A stretch of 64,000 bases of DNA from Harriotta raleighana. Taxonomy: Eukaryota. The stretch covers positions 1,266,119-1,330,118 of the forward strand of contig JBNZDD010013628.1 of the NCBI GenBank assembly GCA_050575255.1, given 5' to 3'. Shown here piece after piece: positions 48,796 to 61,989 of the stretch. The position numbers and the translations under genes were made by a program. A model generated the notes under the pieces. That model was not told the DNA's origin. It saw only the letters and a list, made by a program, of their open reading frames with translations, and ran no database searches. Every line of letters begins with the position of its first letter. Within the stretch, counting starts at the first letter, position 1.

Positions 48796-50043
48796 ATAAG
48801 GACAAGAGCTGCAGATTTCTGGATGAGTTGCAGCTTGTCAACGGAAGAGATAGGTAGTCCGACAAGTAGAAAGTTACTTTAATCCTTCCTGGGGGGTGAT
48901 GATTGTATGGGTAAGGGTTCCGGCAGCGAGAGGCGAGAGGGCAGTGGTGGTGTCGGGCAATGTTACAAAAGTGGGGGAAAGCTGTTCATACATGACTGCT
49001 TACACACATCTTCAGAACAGGCACTAGGACCATAGAAAAAAATATCAATCGTAACAAAAGCAAAATTACATTTGTCTAGTGCCTTTTATGTCGGGAGGAT
49101 GTCCTATGACAAAGGCACAAGTATATGAGTTATATCTCACAAACCCAGACACAATGTTTCTGAAATATACCAATAACTGAAATTCCACCTCCAACCAGTC
49201 TGTAATGAAAAATACGTAAACAGACCCTTGCATCAACCAAATTTTTACAGTATATATAGCTTAGGGCTTGTGCGATGCCAATTCCATCAATTTGTGAAAG
49301 ATGTTAGTAATATAATCCCAAAGAAAATGTAATAAAGAAGTAAACAGAAAACTGATGATAGGTGAAAGAAGCCTTCCACAGCTGGAATCACAAAGAAGGT
49401 GCTGAACACACAAGCCACACTGGCAAATAGATAGCTAATGGTACAAAAATAATACGTGACTGTACAACACAAGGGAATATTTCAGGGAAACCAAAATCAA
49501 TGTGGCAATATTCCAGCTACAAATATCAAAAAGCATAAAATCAAACTTTTTTTTGCAAAGCACTAACTAACAAACTACTGTGTGAAGTTGTGCAGTAAAA
49601 TGAATGTGGAGGTATGGATTACCAGTCCAGCAACAGGAGTAAAATTGCCTCGAAACATCCAACTTCAGAGAAACAATGTGGCAGTGAAGAGATTGCAACC
49701 AAATGTTGAAGATGAATCATAAGGATCTTAGAAAGTTTAAGGTAAATAAAGAGTACATTCTCTCATCCAATCTGTACGAGTGCTAGCTTCCCCTAAGGAG
49801 CTATCTACTCGCTCTCATCCCATTACCCTGCTCTTTTCTCCAAACAATCCTCGAACTCCTCATAACAAACCTGAGGTGTGAACAGGCAAATCAACACTCC
49901 ACGTCTCAATGAAAGGATTCATTCACGGATTTCGTGAGTGTGTAACTACACAAAGGGGTAGTCACGTTTTACTTCTACCACCTGCATTTTGAAATTAAAA
50001 AGTATTTTGTGAGCGCTTTTGCTTTTATAAAGGAAAGTTTTTA

Positions 50044-50137
50044 AGGTGTCAGTCTAGCTCAGTTGGTAGCACGCTCACCTTTGAGTCAAAACGTTGTGTG
50101 TTCAAGCTACATGTTATGACTCTGAACTCATAGTCTG
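50044..50137 (+). mobile_element. SacSINE-like tRNA-derived head; its 3' part is probably at 50405-50560
   Basis: ggtgtcagtctagctcagttggtagcacgctcacctttgagtcaaaacgttgtgtgttcaagc. Confidence 0.7.
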
Positions 50138-51119
50138 GATCATGGTAGTCCAACCTTTTTCGCTACTGCAGGCTAGATTCCCTATTTGAGAAAGCTCCAC
50201 GGGCTGCATCCAGCTTGGCCCATTCTCCTTTCCTTTCCTTTCCTCCCTGGTGATCGTCCCTCCAGGCCGTTGCGCAAGTAGTTTGGAGGATTCAGAGCAG
50301 AGAGTGGAAATACTACTGTTCTCAACTGCAGGCTGTCAGGAAGAAAAGCGCATCTCTTAACAACTGCATCCTTATCAGGCGCCGTGCAGATGGCAAACAG
50401 ACCAATAAAATTGGTTATTCATTTCTTGGCTCTCTGTGCAATGTACAAATTGGTTGCCACATTCACGTCCTGATAGACAGTCACTACGCTTCACAATAAA
50501 ATCCTGCGAAGTACTTTGTGACTCTCAACATGAGAAACCACTCTATTAAAATGCAACGATTATCCTGAATTGTATCCTGCATCACCTCCTGATTGTGGTC
50601 ATGTTTCTATGGCTATCAGAGGCGTTTTTAACGCAACACACCAATGGGCCCTTCATATTGCGGGCCCCCAAAGTAATACAAAAAAATCATCAAAATGGGA
50701 GGATTTGAGTGTGCTGTGCTCTGGTCGTTTGTTAAATATAGCGAAAACCAGAGTTCTCCAAGAAAATTGCACTGAATAGTTTGAAGTCTTAAAAACGGCT
50801 CTGATGACTATGTACTGAAAATTGATGAGGACTGTTCTATTGGTATTTGTAAATTTGCGAACTGGTACCAAAAATCGGTGCTTCCCACAACCAAATAGTC
50901 TATTCGCAAGCACTATATAGTATGCAATTATAATGGGATTTCCCAAATGTAGAACAATACCCATTCATCTGCAAAACTCAGTAATTGTATCGCGAAGGGA
51001 GAATAACGCTCTTTCTCCAGCCTTGATTTAAAGTTTCATTTTCCTGCCCTTGACGATAATTAATTTTGGTGTTATTCCCCATGATAAAAAATGCAAGTTC
51101 TTCTTTCTATTCCACCATC

Positions 51120-51345
51120 CATGGCCATACCTTCAGCCACTAAGCCCCAAAGCTCTGGAACTCCCTTTCTCACTCCCTTTGCCTCAGCCCCTCCTTTCCT
51201 ATTTTCAGGGTGAACCTAAAGACTTTTCTTTTCGACCACGCTTTTGGTCACCTTTATCCCCCTCCCACTGACTTGTCCCCGGGATCCATTTTGTGAAGCG
51301 CTCTGGCATGGAGGGGGCGATACAAATCCAATTTGTTGTTGTTAT
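51120..51345 (+). mobile_element. L2 3' end (family B)
   Basis: ctctggaactccct..aagacttttcttttcgaccacgcttttggtcacc..ggcatggagggggcgatacaaat. Confidence 0.85.
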
Positions 51346-52448
51346 TAAGAGTTCAACTGATGAGAAGTTTGTTGAGGCTTTAATTTCCGGGTTACATTCA
51401 GTGTTCACTGCTGTGAGGCATGACATCAGACTGCATAGAGAAGCAGAGGCAGAATAAGGTTAAAACAATAAACCTATGCTGTTTCAATTTGATCTGATGA
51501 CTGCTGTAATGGATGAATAAAGGGTTGAAAGAAAGCAGTGAACAACTCTGTTTATTTTAGTGCCGATGAAAATAAAAATTTGCCAATGCTAAAAATATAA
51601 ACGTGAGCCTCAACTGTTTGAAATGCTAAATTAAATTAATAGATTAGACAGGGAACAATACATTCTTGACAGCAGAAACCCAACATTCACTCTGAGAGTG
51701 GAAAGGCCGTGTGACTCACACGACTCATGAATTATCCGGGGGAATAAAAATTGAGATTCCAATTTTATCTCTGCTTTTTGTTTCACACACGGAATACTTA
51801 ACACTGAGGTGAAAAATTACGTGCTAATTACCACATTGCCGAAAATTGCTGTCAGACCAATAGATTTATCAAATCAGTAGATTCAACTCAGATTTAGAGT
51901 CATATAACTTAATGGGAATGCACTTGCCTACCATTACATTGCATTACCAAATGCGAGGATTATTATTCATACAAATAATTATACACAGAGATCTCTTTAA
52001 GTCATTTTAGGAAGCAAATTCCATGCTCCACTGACAGCAATATCAAAAGTGGACACCAAGCCATCAAGTCTAATCATTGCTTTAAGGTTAATGATGAAGG
52101 GAAGGAACAGCAGAGATTCACACTATCACATAGTAGTGACTGATTTTTCTGCGATTTTATTGTGATAAGCATTCTTACTACATACCGCATATTTGGTATC
52201 ACGAGTGGTTAATTATCACGTCACCATAGCTTTCATTTTCTCAAACTCATTGTGTATATTTTTCGGGGGAAAGATAGTTTTTATATTGTAAAACAACTGA
52301 CTGAGCCTGTTGCAACGGATTGGTACTTTCAATCAGTGTGAATTTAGCTCATATGATTACATAAATTATGTGATCCGTGATATAATCTTTATCATATTAT
52401 GTGATGTGATAATCACCATAGTTATGCTGTCTTTCTCACTGACTTTGT

Positions 52449-52709
52449 GGAATCCTGTAGCTCAGTGGTTGGAGCACTTGCCTTACAAGCGAGACACCTG
52501 GGTTCGATTTCCGCCAGAGCAAAACGGTGGGCAAGTTTCCTTACTCCACACACCTAATAATCCTTCAAAAAATAAGATCATATGTTGGTCATTTGAATCC
52601 AAGACTCTTCGTGGGACACTGCTATACCCAGTATATTCTGTGAACTATTTTGAGATGTCCAGAAGACTTGAAAAGTGCTATATCAAATGCAAGAATTATT
52701 ATTATTATT
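52449..52709 (+). mobile_element. tRNA-derived SINE with internal deletion
   Basis: ggaatcctgtagctcagtggttggagcacttgccttacaagc..gggttcgatt; (att)n tail. Confidence 0.9.
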
Positions 52710-52984
52710 TATCACTATTGCTAATTAACACGTCAGTAAAAATTGCGGTCAAAACTAGTTGATAATTATACGCAGAGAGAAACCTCTTTGAGCTGTCCCA
52801 GGAATCAGTGCTCAAAATCCATGCTTCACTCGCAGGAATTGTACATACCATTCACATGAAATTTACATATATCACACTGAAAGATTAGTCTGTGAAGTGT
52901 TTTGAGACGCCTTGAAAACATGATAAGGCGTTAAAGTAATAATAATAATCTTCAAGTCCAAAATCGAGGCAATCCGTTCAGCTG

Positions 52985-53780
52985 TTGTTGGCCTTCCCAG
53001 CTCTTTCCTTCACAAGCTGTAGAACATCCAGAACACTGCAACTGATGTCCTCTCCCACTCTAGGTTACATGACTCCATCACTCCCACCATTGCCTGGCTC
53101 CATTGGCTGCCCATCCACTAGAGAATCAAATTCAAGATCCTCATTCCTCACTTTCAAGTCCATTCAAGGTCTTGCCTCTTCCTATCTCTCCAATCTGCTG
53201 ACTCCCTATGAACACGCCCACCCTCTCCGTTCAGCGGGTTCTGCTCTGCTCAATGTCTTCCGTCTGACCCTCCCTCCCATTGGTGGCCGGGCTTTCAGCC
53301 TCTCTGGAACTCCATCCCACAGNGCCTCTTCCTATCTCTCCAATCTGCTGACTCCCTATGAACACGCCCATCCTCTCCGTTCAGCGGGTTCTGCTCTGCT
53401 CAATGTCTTCCGTCTGACCCTCCCTCCCATTGGTGGCCGGGCTTTCAGCCTCTCTGGAACTCCATCCCACAGTCCCTTTGCCTCGCTTCCTCCCTTGCCT
53501 CCTTCAAGACCAGTCTCAAGACCCTCCTTTTCAATCATGCCTTCTGCTGCCCTCCCACCTCTCTCCCTCCCCACCCCCCCCAACCCGTATTTGGGTCCCG
53601 ACCCCTGACTATTCAGCACCTTGGGACATCCTCCCAACACGAAAAGCGCACTATAAATGTAATTNCCCCACACCCCCAACCCGTATTTGGGTCCAGACCC
53701 CTGACTATTCAGCACCTTGGGACATCCTCCCAACACGAAAAGCGCACTATAAATGTAATTTTGTTATTGTTCTTGTTGTT
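52985..53780 (+). mobile_element. L2 3' end (family A); contains two N-join duplications
   Basis: LHWLPIH..IKFKI..LTFKSIQGLASSYLSNLL..GGRAFS; tail gggacatcctcccaacacgaaaagcgcactataaatg. Confidence 0.9.
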
Positions 53781-53782
53781 GC

Positions 53783-54050
53783 AATCCTTCCATTTGATAC
53801 AACGCTTTTTCACATCTTCTAGACATCTCAAAACGCTTCACAGAATATACTGTAAATTAAATTGACCGGATATTTGTGGGCGAAACGAGGCAGCCAATTG
53901 CGCACAGCAGTGTCTCACAAACAGTCGTGGATTTAAAAGGCCAATTTATAATTTTTCTTTAGAGGGATTATTATTAGTCGTGTGGAGTAAGGAAAGATGC
54001 CCAAGGTTTCACACTGCCTGGAATTGAACCCAGGTCTCTCTCTTATAAGA
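53783..54050 (-). mobile_element. tRNA-derived SINE lacking the extreme 5' end
   Basis: Reverse strand gagacctgggttcaattcc, body and tail. Confidence 0.9.
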
Positions 54051-54202
54051 CAATATTTGGAAATGGACTTAAATTCAATTTTAATTCCAAAGCAGATTTT
54101 ATACTTTTTTAAATGGGTGTTGCGGAAAATCAGCATCCAATTTAATACTGTTTTTCAAACTCCCACAATGTTCTCAAGCTTTAGGAAGTATGAGCCATTG
54201 CA

Positions 54203-54605
54203 GATTTAAGCCCCACATCAGGAGTTAGAATCATAGTCTGAGCTGACACTACAGTGCATTGCTGGTAGGTGTTGCTTTGTCGATAGGTGCTGTTCTTTGG
54301 ATGAAACGTTAAATGAAGGTGCAGTCTGTCTGTTCAGGTGGACATAAAGAATCACATGTCTGTATTGAAAAAGACAAGGGAGTTTCTCCCGGTGTCTTAG
54401 CCAGCAAATCCCCCAAATAAAATTGGTCACTCATTCTATGGCTGTTTGTGGGACATTGCAAACTAGGTACAGTATTGTGTTTCACACTCACAATATACAG
54501 TCAATATACTTTACAGTATTTACAGCACGTACGAAGCACTTTGAGACATCTCAAAGTCGTGATACAGCAATAATTGAATGCAAATGCACGGATCATTATT
54601 ATTTT
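54203..54605 (+). mobile_element. SacSINE-like element
   Basis: gctgacactacagtgca..ggatgaaacgttaaat..ttcaggtggacataaa..gagtttctcccggtgtc..ctgtttgtgggacattgc. Confidence 0.85.
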
Positions 54606-55902
54606 ATTTTCTGCACCTTCACTTTATAACTGAGCTGCAGGAGGAGAAGGCAGACTTTCTATAGGTATGGAATGAACAGCTAACATGTACTCAATGAGAT
54701 GGCATTTACTTTTGCCTCATTTTCCACAAGAAATGAATGAAACCAGATGGAAGTAAAGAGCATCCGCATGCTCACAAGGAGATGAACTCATGATCAACTT
54801 GGCCTGAGGTGGGTCAGAGTTGAAATTCTTTCAATACAAATCTGTTTTGAATTTAAGCATGTCAATTGACAAATCCCAGACTATCACAGATTCAGGCACA
54901 TATTCAGCCAACGCTTTCTCCAGTGAAGAAATGGTGGTAAACTGATGACATTACCCATCACATCATAATGATTCTCTGCTTAAAAACCTAATCGAAATCA
55001 TTTTACCGTGACAATATTAGCCTTTTTAAAAAATAATGTAGCAGCAAATAAACAAAGGAAAGTGATAAAAGCAAATTTTGTTTTGAATCACTTTAATAAA
55101 TTCATCTGTACGAAAAATTAATATTATTTAGGGGTCTGGTTAAGATTTTTATTTTCTCTTGGAGGCTATCCATTGATTCACATATTTTCAGATTGCTGGT
55201 GACAAGCAGAAGAGTGACTGTTAGTCACAGAATTTGCTCTGACAATAGAAGCCTAAACCCCATAACTGTGCTGATGTGTCAGCCACATAAGAAACAATCC
55301 CACTGCAACTATTGTATGGCCAGCCTGGCTATCAGTCAACAATCACTTATTTCGTCAATTTAGTACCCAGCGGTAAAATGCGACCAATTCATCAAACATC
55401 ACTGCATATTAAACATTGTTCCACTGAGATTAGACAGTGTAAGATGAATATTTGAGTGCAGTATCACTGTAGGTAAATTCAATAAGACTGTTATAACAAG
55501 TATTAAAATGTAAACAGAAAGCGTACATTGTTGATAATTCATTTCTTGAAAATTGTGCTTGTGCTCCAGACATTAGCATAGGCCTATATTCTTAGGCTTA
55601 TGATCACTTTCGTAAAACTGCATGATTTATGGAATTTTGAAATCAATGTTTTAATTCAATGTTTAATGTTTAAATTAGAATCAATTTTTTTTTATTAGTT
55701 TGCATCAGTGCTTTTAGTCACTTCACCACCAAATTATATAATATTCTAATATAATCCTTGCATTTGGTGAACAACAACATCACATTTTTAGAGTGCCTTT
55801 CACATTGGGAAGAAATCNCTTTTTTTATTAGTTTGCATCAGTGCTTTTAGTCACTTCACCACCAAATTATATAATATTCTAATAATAATCCTTGCATTTG
55901 AT

Positions 55903-56140
55903 GAACAACAACATCACATTTTTAGAGTGCCTTTCACATTGGGAAGAAATCCCAATCCGCTGAACAGACAGTACTTCGGACACAAGCTGGGAGTAGAGAT
56001 TGGGGAAGGTGGAGGACAGCGGGGGGAAAGGAGGTTAATCGAAAGCACGGTCAAAGAGGAGGGTGTTGAGGTGGGTCTTGAAGGAGGCAAGGGATGTGGC
56101 GAAGTGGAGGGATTGCAGGGTGAAGTCCCGAAATCCCTCC
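55903..56140 (-). mobile_element. L2 3' end (family A)
   Basis: Tail gtgcctttcacattgggaag (reverse) and gcctccttcaagacccacctcaacaccctcctctttgacc. Confidence 0.8.
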
Positions 56141-56177
56141 ATGCGTTCTTGTCCCATCCATGCATTCATTATATCTA

Positions 56178-56567
56178 CAACAACAACAACAACATCAATT
56201 TATACAGCACCCTCCATGCTGGACAGCGTCTCAGAGAGCTTCACAGTAGCGGATCCTGAGACCGAGCCAGGGGCAGGGGTAGAAAGGTGACCAAAGGCAC
56301 GGTTGAAGAGAAAGGTCTTCAACTGGGACCTGAAGCTGGGGAAAGAGGGGGTGAGGTGAAGGGACTGAGGAAGGGAATTCCAGAGCCTCGTGACATAGTG
56401 GCTGAAGGTACGGACGCCGAGGTTGGAGCGGAGGATTCGGGGGACATGGAGGAGGCCAGACCCAGTGGAGTGAAAGCAATGGATGCTGGTTTGAGGAGAG
56501 AGGAGGTCAGAGAGATAGGAGAGGTGCAGAGGAGTGAAGGGATTTGAAGACAAGGGTGAGGATCTAG
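56178..56567 (-). mobile_element. L2 3' end (family B)
   Basis: SYLSDLLSP..GVRTFSHYVTRLWNSLPQSLHLTPSFPSFRSQLKTFLFNRAF. Confidence 0.92.
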
Positions 56568-57140
56568 GGTCGACTAAACCAACTCCTAGCTTTTCAGACT
56601 CCCCAACTCTTCCCTCCACAAGCTGCAGATCAGCCAGATTCTCTGCAGCTTGTGTGCTCTCCCACAGCAGACTCTGTAAGCTTATCACCCCCATGCTCGT
56701 CCGGTTCCACTGGCTCCATCATCCCTCAGAGGATAAAGTACAAATTATTTGTCCCACATTCAAAGCCCTCTACGGCCTTGTTCTTTCCTACATCTGTGAC
56801 CCGCTGACCCAATATCAACCTGTCCGCTCGCACCAGTCAGCAGATTCCGGCCTGCTCCACATTACCCAACCAGCCTGCCACACCATAAGCAATCAGGCCT
56901 TCAGCTTCTCTGTCCCCACCCTTTGAAACTTCATCCCACAGTCCCTTTCTCCAATTCCCTCCATTACCTCCTTCAAAGCACGTCTCAAGACCCTTCTCTT
57001 CAACCATCATCCTCCTATAATCTCTGGCCTCCTCACCTCCCTGATCCCAAAATGAGTCCCAATCCCTGACTGTCCAGCATCTTAGAATGTCCTCTTGATG
57101 TGTAAGTTACTTTATAAATGTAATTCGTTGTGGTTTGTTG
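56568..57140 (+). mobile_element. L2 3' end (family A)
   Basis: ITPMLVRFHWL..FKALYGLVLSYICD..NQAFSFSVPTL; tail present. Confidence 0.88.
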
Positions 57141-57144
57141 TGAC

Positions 57145-57365
57145 AGAGAGTAGATTGTCGATATGTTCTAACTTGTGTCTTTTTTATAGCAATAGCAAGA
57201 ATGTATGTAAATACAACTCTGTGGAACAACATAAAATTAAAAGAATTTTCATCTGTGGTGATCCTCATCACAGTATCTTCATCCTGGGGAACAAGGCTCC
57301 TCTCCTCGAAGATGTCAGTCTTGCTGACTGATAGACTATAGTCCAGCCATCTAATTTTCATTCTA
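57145..57365 (-). mobile_element. Possible L1/Tx1 ORF2 C-terminal remnant
   Basis: RITTDENSFNFMLFHRVVFTYIL..IKK resembles the L1/Tx1 'T.D.KLREFQFK.LHRI..T' motif upstream of the zinc knuckle. Judged by eye. Confidence 0.4.
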
Positions 57366-59857
57366 CTAAAGACTAATCTAACACTTACAAATTGTCATGT
57401 GTTAAATGTTTAGCCACAAAACAACGCTGTCAAAATTTACTAAAGTGTCCATAAAGGATACTAGAATTTTAGCTCTTTTACTTTTGAAAAATGTTCTGAA
57501 GGTGAGACTCGCTCTTTAATTTAGACAGTGTAAGTATACAATGCTTCTTTGCTACATTCCTGTGACTAACATACATCACATAAACATGTACTGGTATCTT
57601 CCCTAATGTACAGTCAGTAACTTACCCACAGAAGCAAAATTACTTTTTCTAAAAGTATGAGTCACTTGCCACCCAGAAACTCACAGCTATCACACCTTGA
57701 CTGCTACCCCCGAAAGAGTGCACTAAAAGATATGTCAGTACCCAAGTAGAGCTGTCTGTGTTTCCTGCTGCTAGTTGGTGACCTGAGAAGTCATGACCAG
57801 GCAGAATTGATGTCAAAGGGAGGTAATATTAGTGATTTATGGCTGGAGAAGTTGAATATGAGCTTCTCTGAAGCTGCCACAATTACTGAATGCAACGGCT
57901 GTTCTTCTTACAAGCTGTGGTCATGTTTGAGTATTCTGATCTACATGTCTCCAGCCTGCCCTGTCCACTTAAAACAGCATTAATCACCGACTCACTTTAT
58001 ATATCAGAGAGGCCAACTTGCAGAGAGCGGTTATGAGGTCACAGCTCCGCAGAACTACTTAACCAATTCCCAGACTTGATATTTTCTCCCTGGTCAGACA
58101 ATTCATCATCATTCTCCCGGTGAGGAACAATGGAGGAGGCAAAGGAACGACTGAACAAGGAGACGGCATAGAGAAGGAATGAAAAAGAAGGAATTCTCCA
58201 AGTCCCCGACGAGTCACAGTGCCTTTTGTCTGAGGAAAACCTATTCTTTGTCTAATGTAAAGACCAAATTATTTCAGACAAAAACAAGACAAATGCCTTT
58301 AAGATATAGTTGCGGTTAGTACAAGTGGCAGTCGCATTTCGAGAGCAAGGCACCAGCAGACTAGCAGCTGTCTGCTTAGATGCTTGAAAGCTCTGGAACC
58401 GTGGCATTTCTCATACACACAAGTGGAACGGATAGGCAAGCTGTATGGGCCTTCATTCTTGCTAATAGAAAGCTCGGCAGACCCTCTGGGGCTTGTTGAA
58501 CCCAGGACACCATTAGCACTGAAGCAAAGAGGGACAAAAGAGAATGACAATGGCGTTATTTTAAGCAACAAGCTCCTCTGCTTTTCAACAGCGTTTCTAC
58601 TGGGCCAAAAAGTGGTCGGAATTAAAGGGAAACAGGCACTGGCAAATATAAGTGGAATAGACAGTTTCCATTACCCCTGGTGCTCACCAGAGAATAATTT
58701 GCAAAGGCTGGCTAAATTGTGTTTTAAGAAGTGTAATGATGTGTAATAATTTCCTGTCAGTGTGTCAGTTGCATGTAGGTTTAGTAGGAAAGAGTAGCAA
58801 GCAAGGGTCCAATACCACTGCTTGAGAGACTAATGAAGCTGTAATTGTTAACCAGGTGGGAACGCTAGATAAAAAGTAAGAGCTGCGTGGAACAGCCTGG
58901 ACATTAACTTGTATTTTCCTCCCCATTAATCTTGTGTGATCTTAGACGAATTCACTGGTCTAAACAGCTAAATATGTGAGTGAATCTGAATCTGTTTGTG
59001 GTGCATAGAGTTGAAACCCGACAACAAATCCACTTAATCCAATAAATGTCTGCCAGGTCTCTAGGCATCCACATTATGGCTCCAGAAACATCTTGTTTTC
59101 CTAACTCAGATTTGCTTTGTAGTTGTATGAAAAAAAAGCCTTTCAATTCAAACATCAGTTTTGGGTGTGATTATATCCATCCAGTCACGAAACATAACAC
59201 AACAATCCTCTTGGACTTGATTTATCTTACCGAAATCAATGGGACAAATAAATAGATATAAACTGGCTTCAATTTTACATTTTTTAAATTGTTCTATTAT
59301 TGGCAACATTGGTTAACTTGCTACATGTATTTAATTGCTTTTGNTCCAGTCACGAAACATAACACAACAATCCTCTTGGACTTGATTTATCTTACTGAAA
59401 TCAATGGGACAAATAAATACATATAAACTGGCTTCAATTTTACATTTTTTAAAATTGTACTATTATTGGCAACATTGGTTAACTTGCTACATGTATTTAA
59501 TTGCTTTTGGGAGTGCAATCTAACTGGTATCATATTGGCACTGTTTTATCGTAATATTGACAGAAAACTTAGTCAATCTTAACTAGCATCACATCCGCAT
59601 CAGGCAAAGTCTCCTTCCTGTAGATCTGCAAGTTTCAAAGTGCAGGGTTAAAGTCTCAAATGTAGTGCTATCTGTAGACTGACCAGATTTCACTTCACTG
59701 TGAGTAAGGAAACACTTCCTAGGTTTTTAAAGGATTGTCAGTTTGCCCGTTTCCTCACTTTCCCTTCATATCAATTTTAGTTTGGCCATTTGTACCAGGT
59801 TCAGCAGCCTTCTTAATTTGGTTGGGTCCCATTCAAAATAGCGCATGAGAGTCTCAA

Positions 59858-60232
59858 TGTGGTTAGTGGTTAGAGCACTGCAGATTAGTGGTTAGAGCAC
59901 TCACCTCGTAAGCGAGAGGACAACAACAATAACAAAATTACATTGGTATTGCGCCTTTCACATCAGGAGGACATCCGAAGGCACTTGTCCGGCAGTATTC
60001 TGGACCCAAGATGAGATTAGGGATTTGGGAGGGTGGTGGGGGGGCAGGGGGTATAGGAGGTTAATCAAAAACCACTGTGTGTGGGACACTGCTGTGTGCA
60101 ATTGGCTGCCGCATTTCGCTGACAAAGTACACAATCAATCTACTTTACAGTATATTCTGTGAAACACTTTGAGATGGGTCTAAAATGTGATAAGGGGTTA
60201 TGTCAAGGAGTATTATTATACGGTATTATTAT
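59858..60232 (+). mobile_element. SINE (head 59858-59918, 3' half 60075-60232) interrupted by an L2 tail (-, 59921-60070)
   Basis: tagtggttagagcact head (locally duplicated); caacaacaataacaaaattac..catcaggaggacatc; gtgggacactgctgtgtgcaattggctgcc. Confidence 0.8.
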
Positions 60233-61179
60233 AAGGAAGAACAATCAGATAAGGACACTACCTAAACGACACATTCCTAGTACTTTGCTCCATCCAGCCG
60301 ATCCAAGCGCAACTTTAGTTCAGTTCTACATTCTATTAGCTGTGTAAAACTCAGCCCAACTGGATCATTAAATACAATTTCCTCTGATTTCTCCCCCTCT
60401 GTTTCAGTATCTGAGATCCATGTGACTTGCTTTCTGCAGGCCATGAGCACATAGTAGCTGTAATTAAAAATAAGCCAGTGTACATTTGTAAGGCAAGCAT
60501 CTGTTCCAGCAAGAACCAGTTGTCTGAGATACCCTGGAAATAAAGCCACTACATGAGCAGCTTTTACTGCCATGAGACAGAAAGAATGTTAATTTTCATT
60601 ATCAGTGAACAGCACGTGTATATCTTTGTTGTACTGTGAAGCCAAGTGAACAGCCGGGAGATAAAGTGACATCACGCTTTCCCACCAGTGGTTTGAAATA
60701 AAAAAGAAAGGATTACTGCAACTCTGAGGTGACAAAAATCCAATATCAGGGGATAAACAACATGGAGAATAATTGATTCACTTCAAGCCATGATTGAGTA
60801 TGTTTTAAGGGTGACTGATCCTCAAAAGATTTCATTTACATATAATGACTACTGTTAACATTTGAGTAGGAATGTCATTGCAGCTTGCTGTGTTTAATGA
60901 TTGCATAAATCATTCCCAGTTGGTCACTGCTAATTTAATGGATGCCTTCTCCTGTTTGTCTGTAATTTCCTTATACTGCGCAAGATATAAAAGACGATAA
61001 TGTCCTTTCAGAAAGCATGCGGAGACCTTCATATGACTGTGTTTAGCTGTTTGATTTGCCGCAGCTCCTCAAAGTCTGTGATCTAAATGGCTGACACCAT
61101 AACACATCTTGTTCCACAGCAAAACAAGGGAACCAGCTTCCTGCATCACCTCCAATGTACTCACCCAACATTAACTGTT

Positions 61180-61226
61180 CAGGATAATGTTGACGTATTT
61201 TAGGAAAATACGTCAACATTATCCTG
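61180..61226. repeat. Perfect 22-bp inverted repeat with 3-nt loop
   Basis: caggataatgttgacgtatttt-agg-aaaatacgtcaacattatcctg. Confidence 0.97.
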
Positions 61227-61251
61227 TCCGTACTTGTTAAGTATTCATCTT

Positions 61252-61345
61252 ATATACAGTATATTCAATTCACGCTACATTATATTTGGTGAAGCACTTT
61301 GAGACATCTTGAAAACGTGATATCAAATGCAAGGAATAATAATAT
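61252..61345 (+). mobile_element. SINE tail
   Basis: gtgaagcactttgagacatcttgaaaacgtgatatcaaatgcaagg. Confidence 0.7.
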
Positions 61346-61989
61346 TCATTCTGACAGGATATTTGTGGTGTTTTGATGGCATAGTTATCACCAGTGATAA
61401 TTATCAGATCACTCTCCCCCCACCCCCACCAACCCCCTTCATCATTTCCATCAAATTTAAGTTGAAAAGATCATTTCTGCAATAAAAGTTAGAAACTCTT
61501 GCAGTTACTCGTGAAATGCTTCAGTGGTTTATATGTCGCTCGTTGATCTCCTGTGGTGTTGCTTGAGGACAAAATGTAAAATAAAGTATCCTGAATGCTT
61601 TGTGGTCCACAAGGGGCTTGAAATGCCATGAAACAAACTTTGAAGATTTAGAATCAGTTTATGGGGGATATACACCAGTTCAGTTGCATTCAGATATTCC
61701 GGGGAAGGCGTATATCTGCCCCAAACCAGGCCCCAATTGAAAAGAGACAGAGCGAGCGAGGGACCCTCTGACAGCCTATATAGTGAGTAAAACTAGTTAT
61801 CCTTGAGGAAAAGGAGCTATACAAGGCTGCAGCACAAAATAATCAATGCTCCCCACTGGTAAAAGGCATTCAAATAGCATTTGAGCAGGTATTGCCGATT
61901 TAAGAAGTCTGGAAGAAAATCTACCCACAATCCGTATCGGCAGTCTTGGAGTCATCTGAACTTTACCTTCTGCACTGACTTATCCTCAT

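Noticed and set aside
52310-52762. 150-aa ORF
   Set aside because: Reads through a SINE and AT-rich flank; no protein-like signal.
53174-53760. 207-aa ORF with an internal repeat; duplications around Ns at 53323 and 53665
   Set aside because: Decayed L2 sequence whose repeat is created by assembly joins.
55685-55951. Direct duplication around N at 55818
   Set aside because: Assembly-join signature.
58040-58250. Minus-strand frame resembling a signal peptide (FLLYAVSLFSRSFASS...)
   Set aside because: No in-frame ATG, no convincing splice sites and no recognisable homologue.
59180-59509. Direct duplication around N at 59344
   Set aside because: Assembly-join signature.
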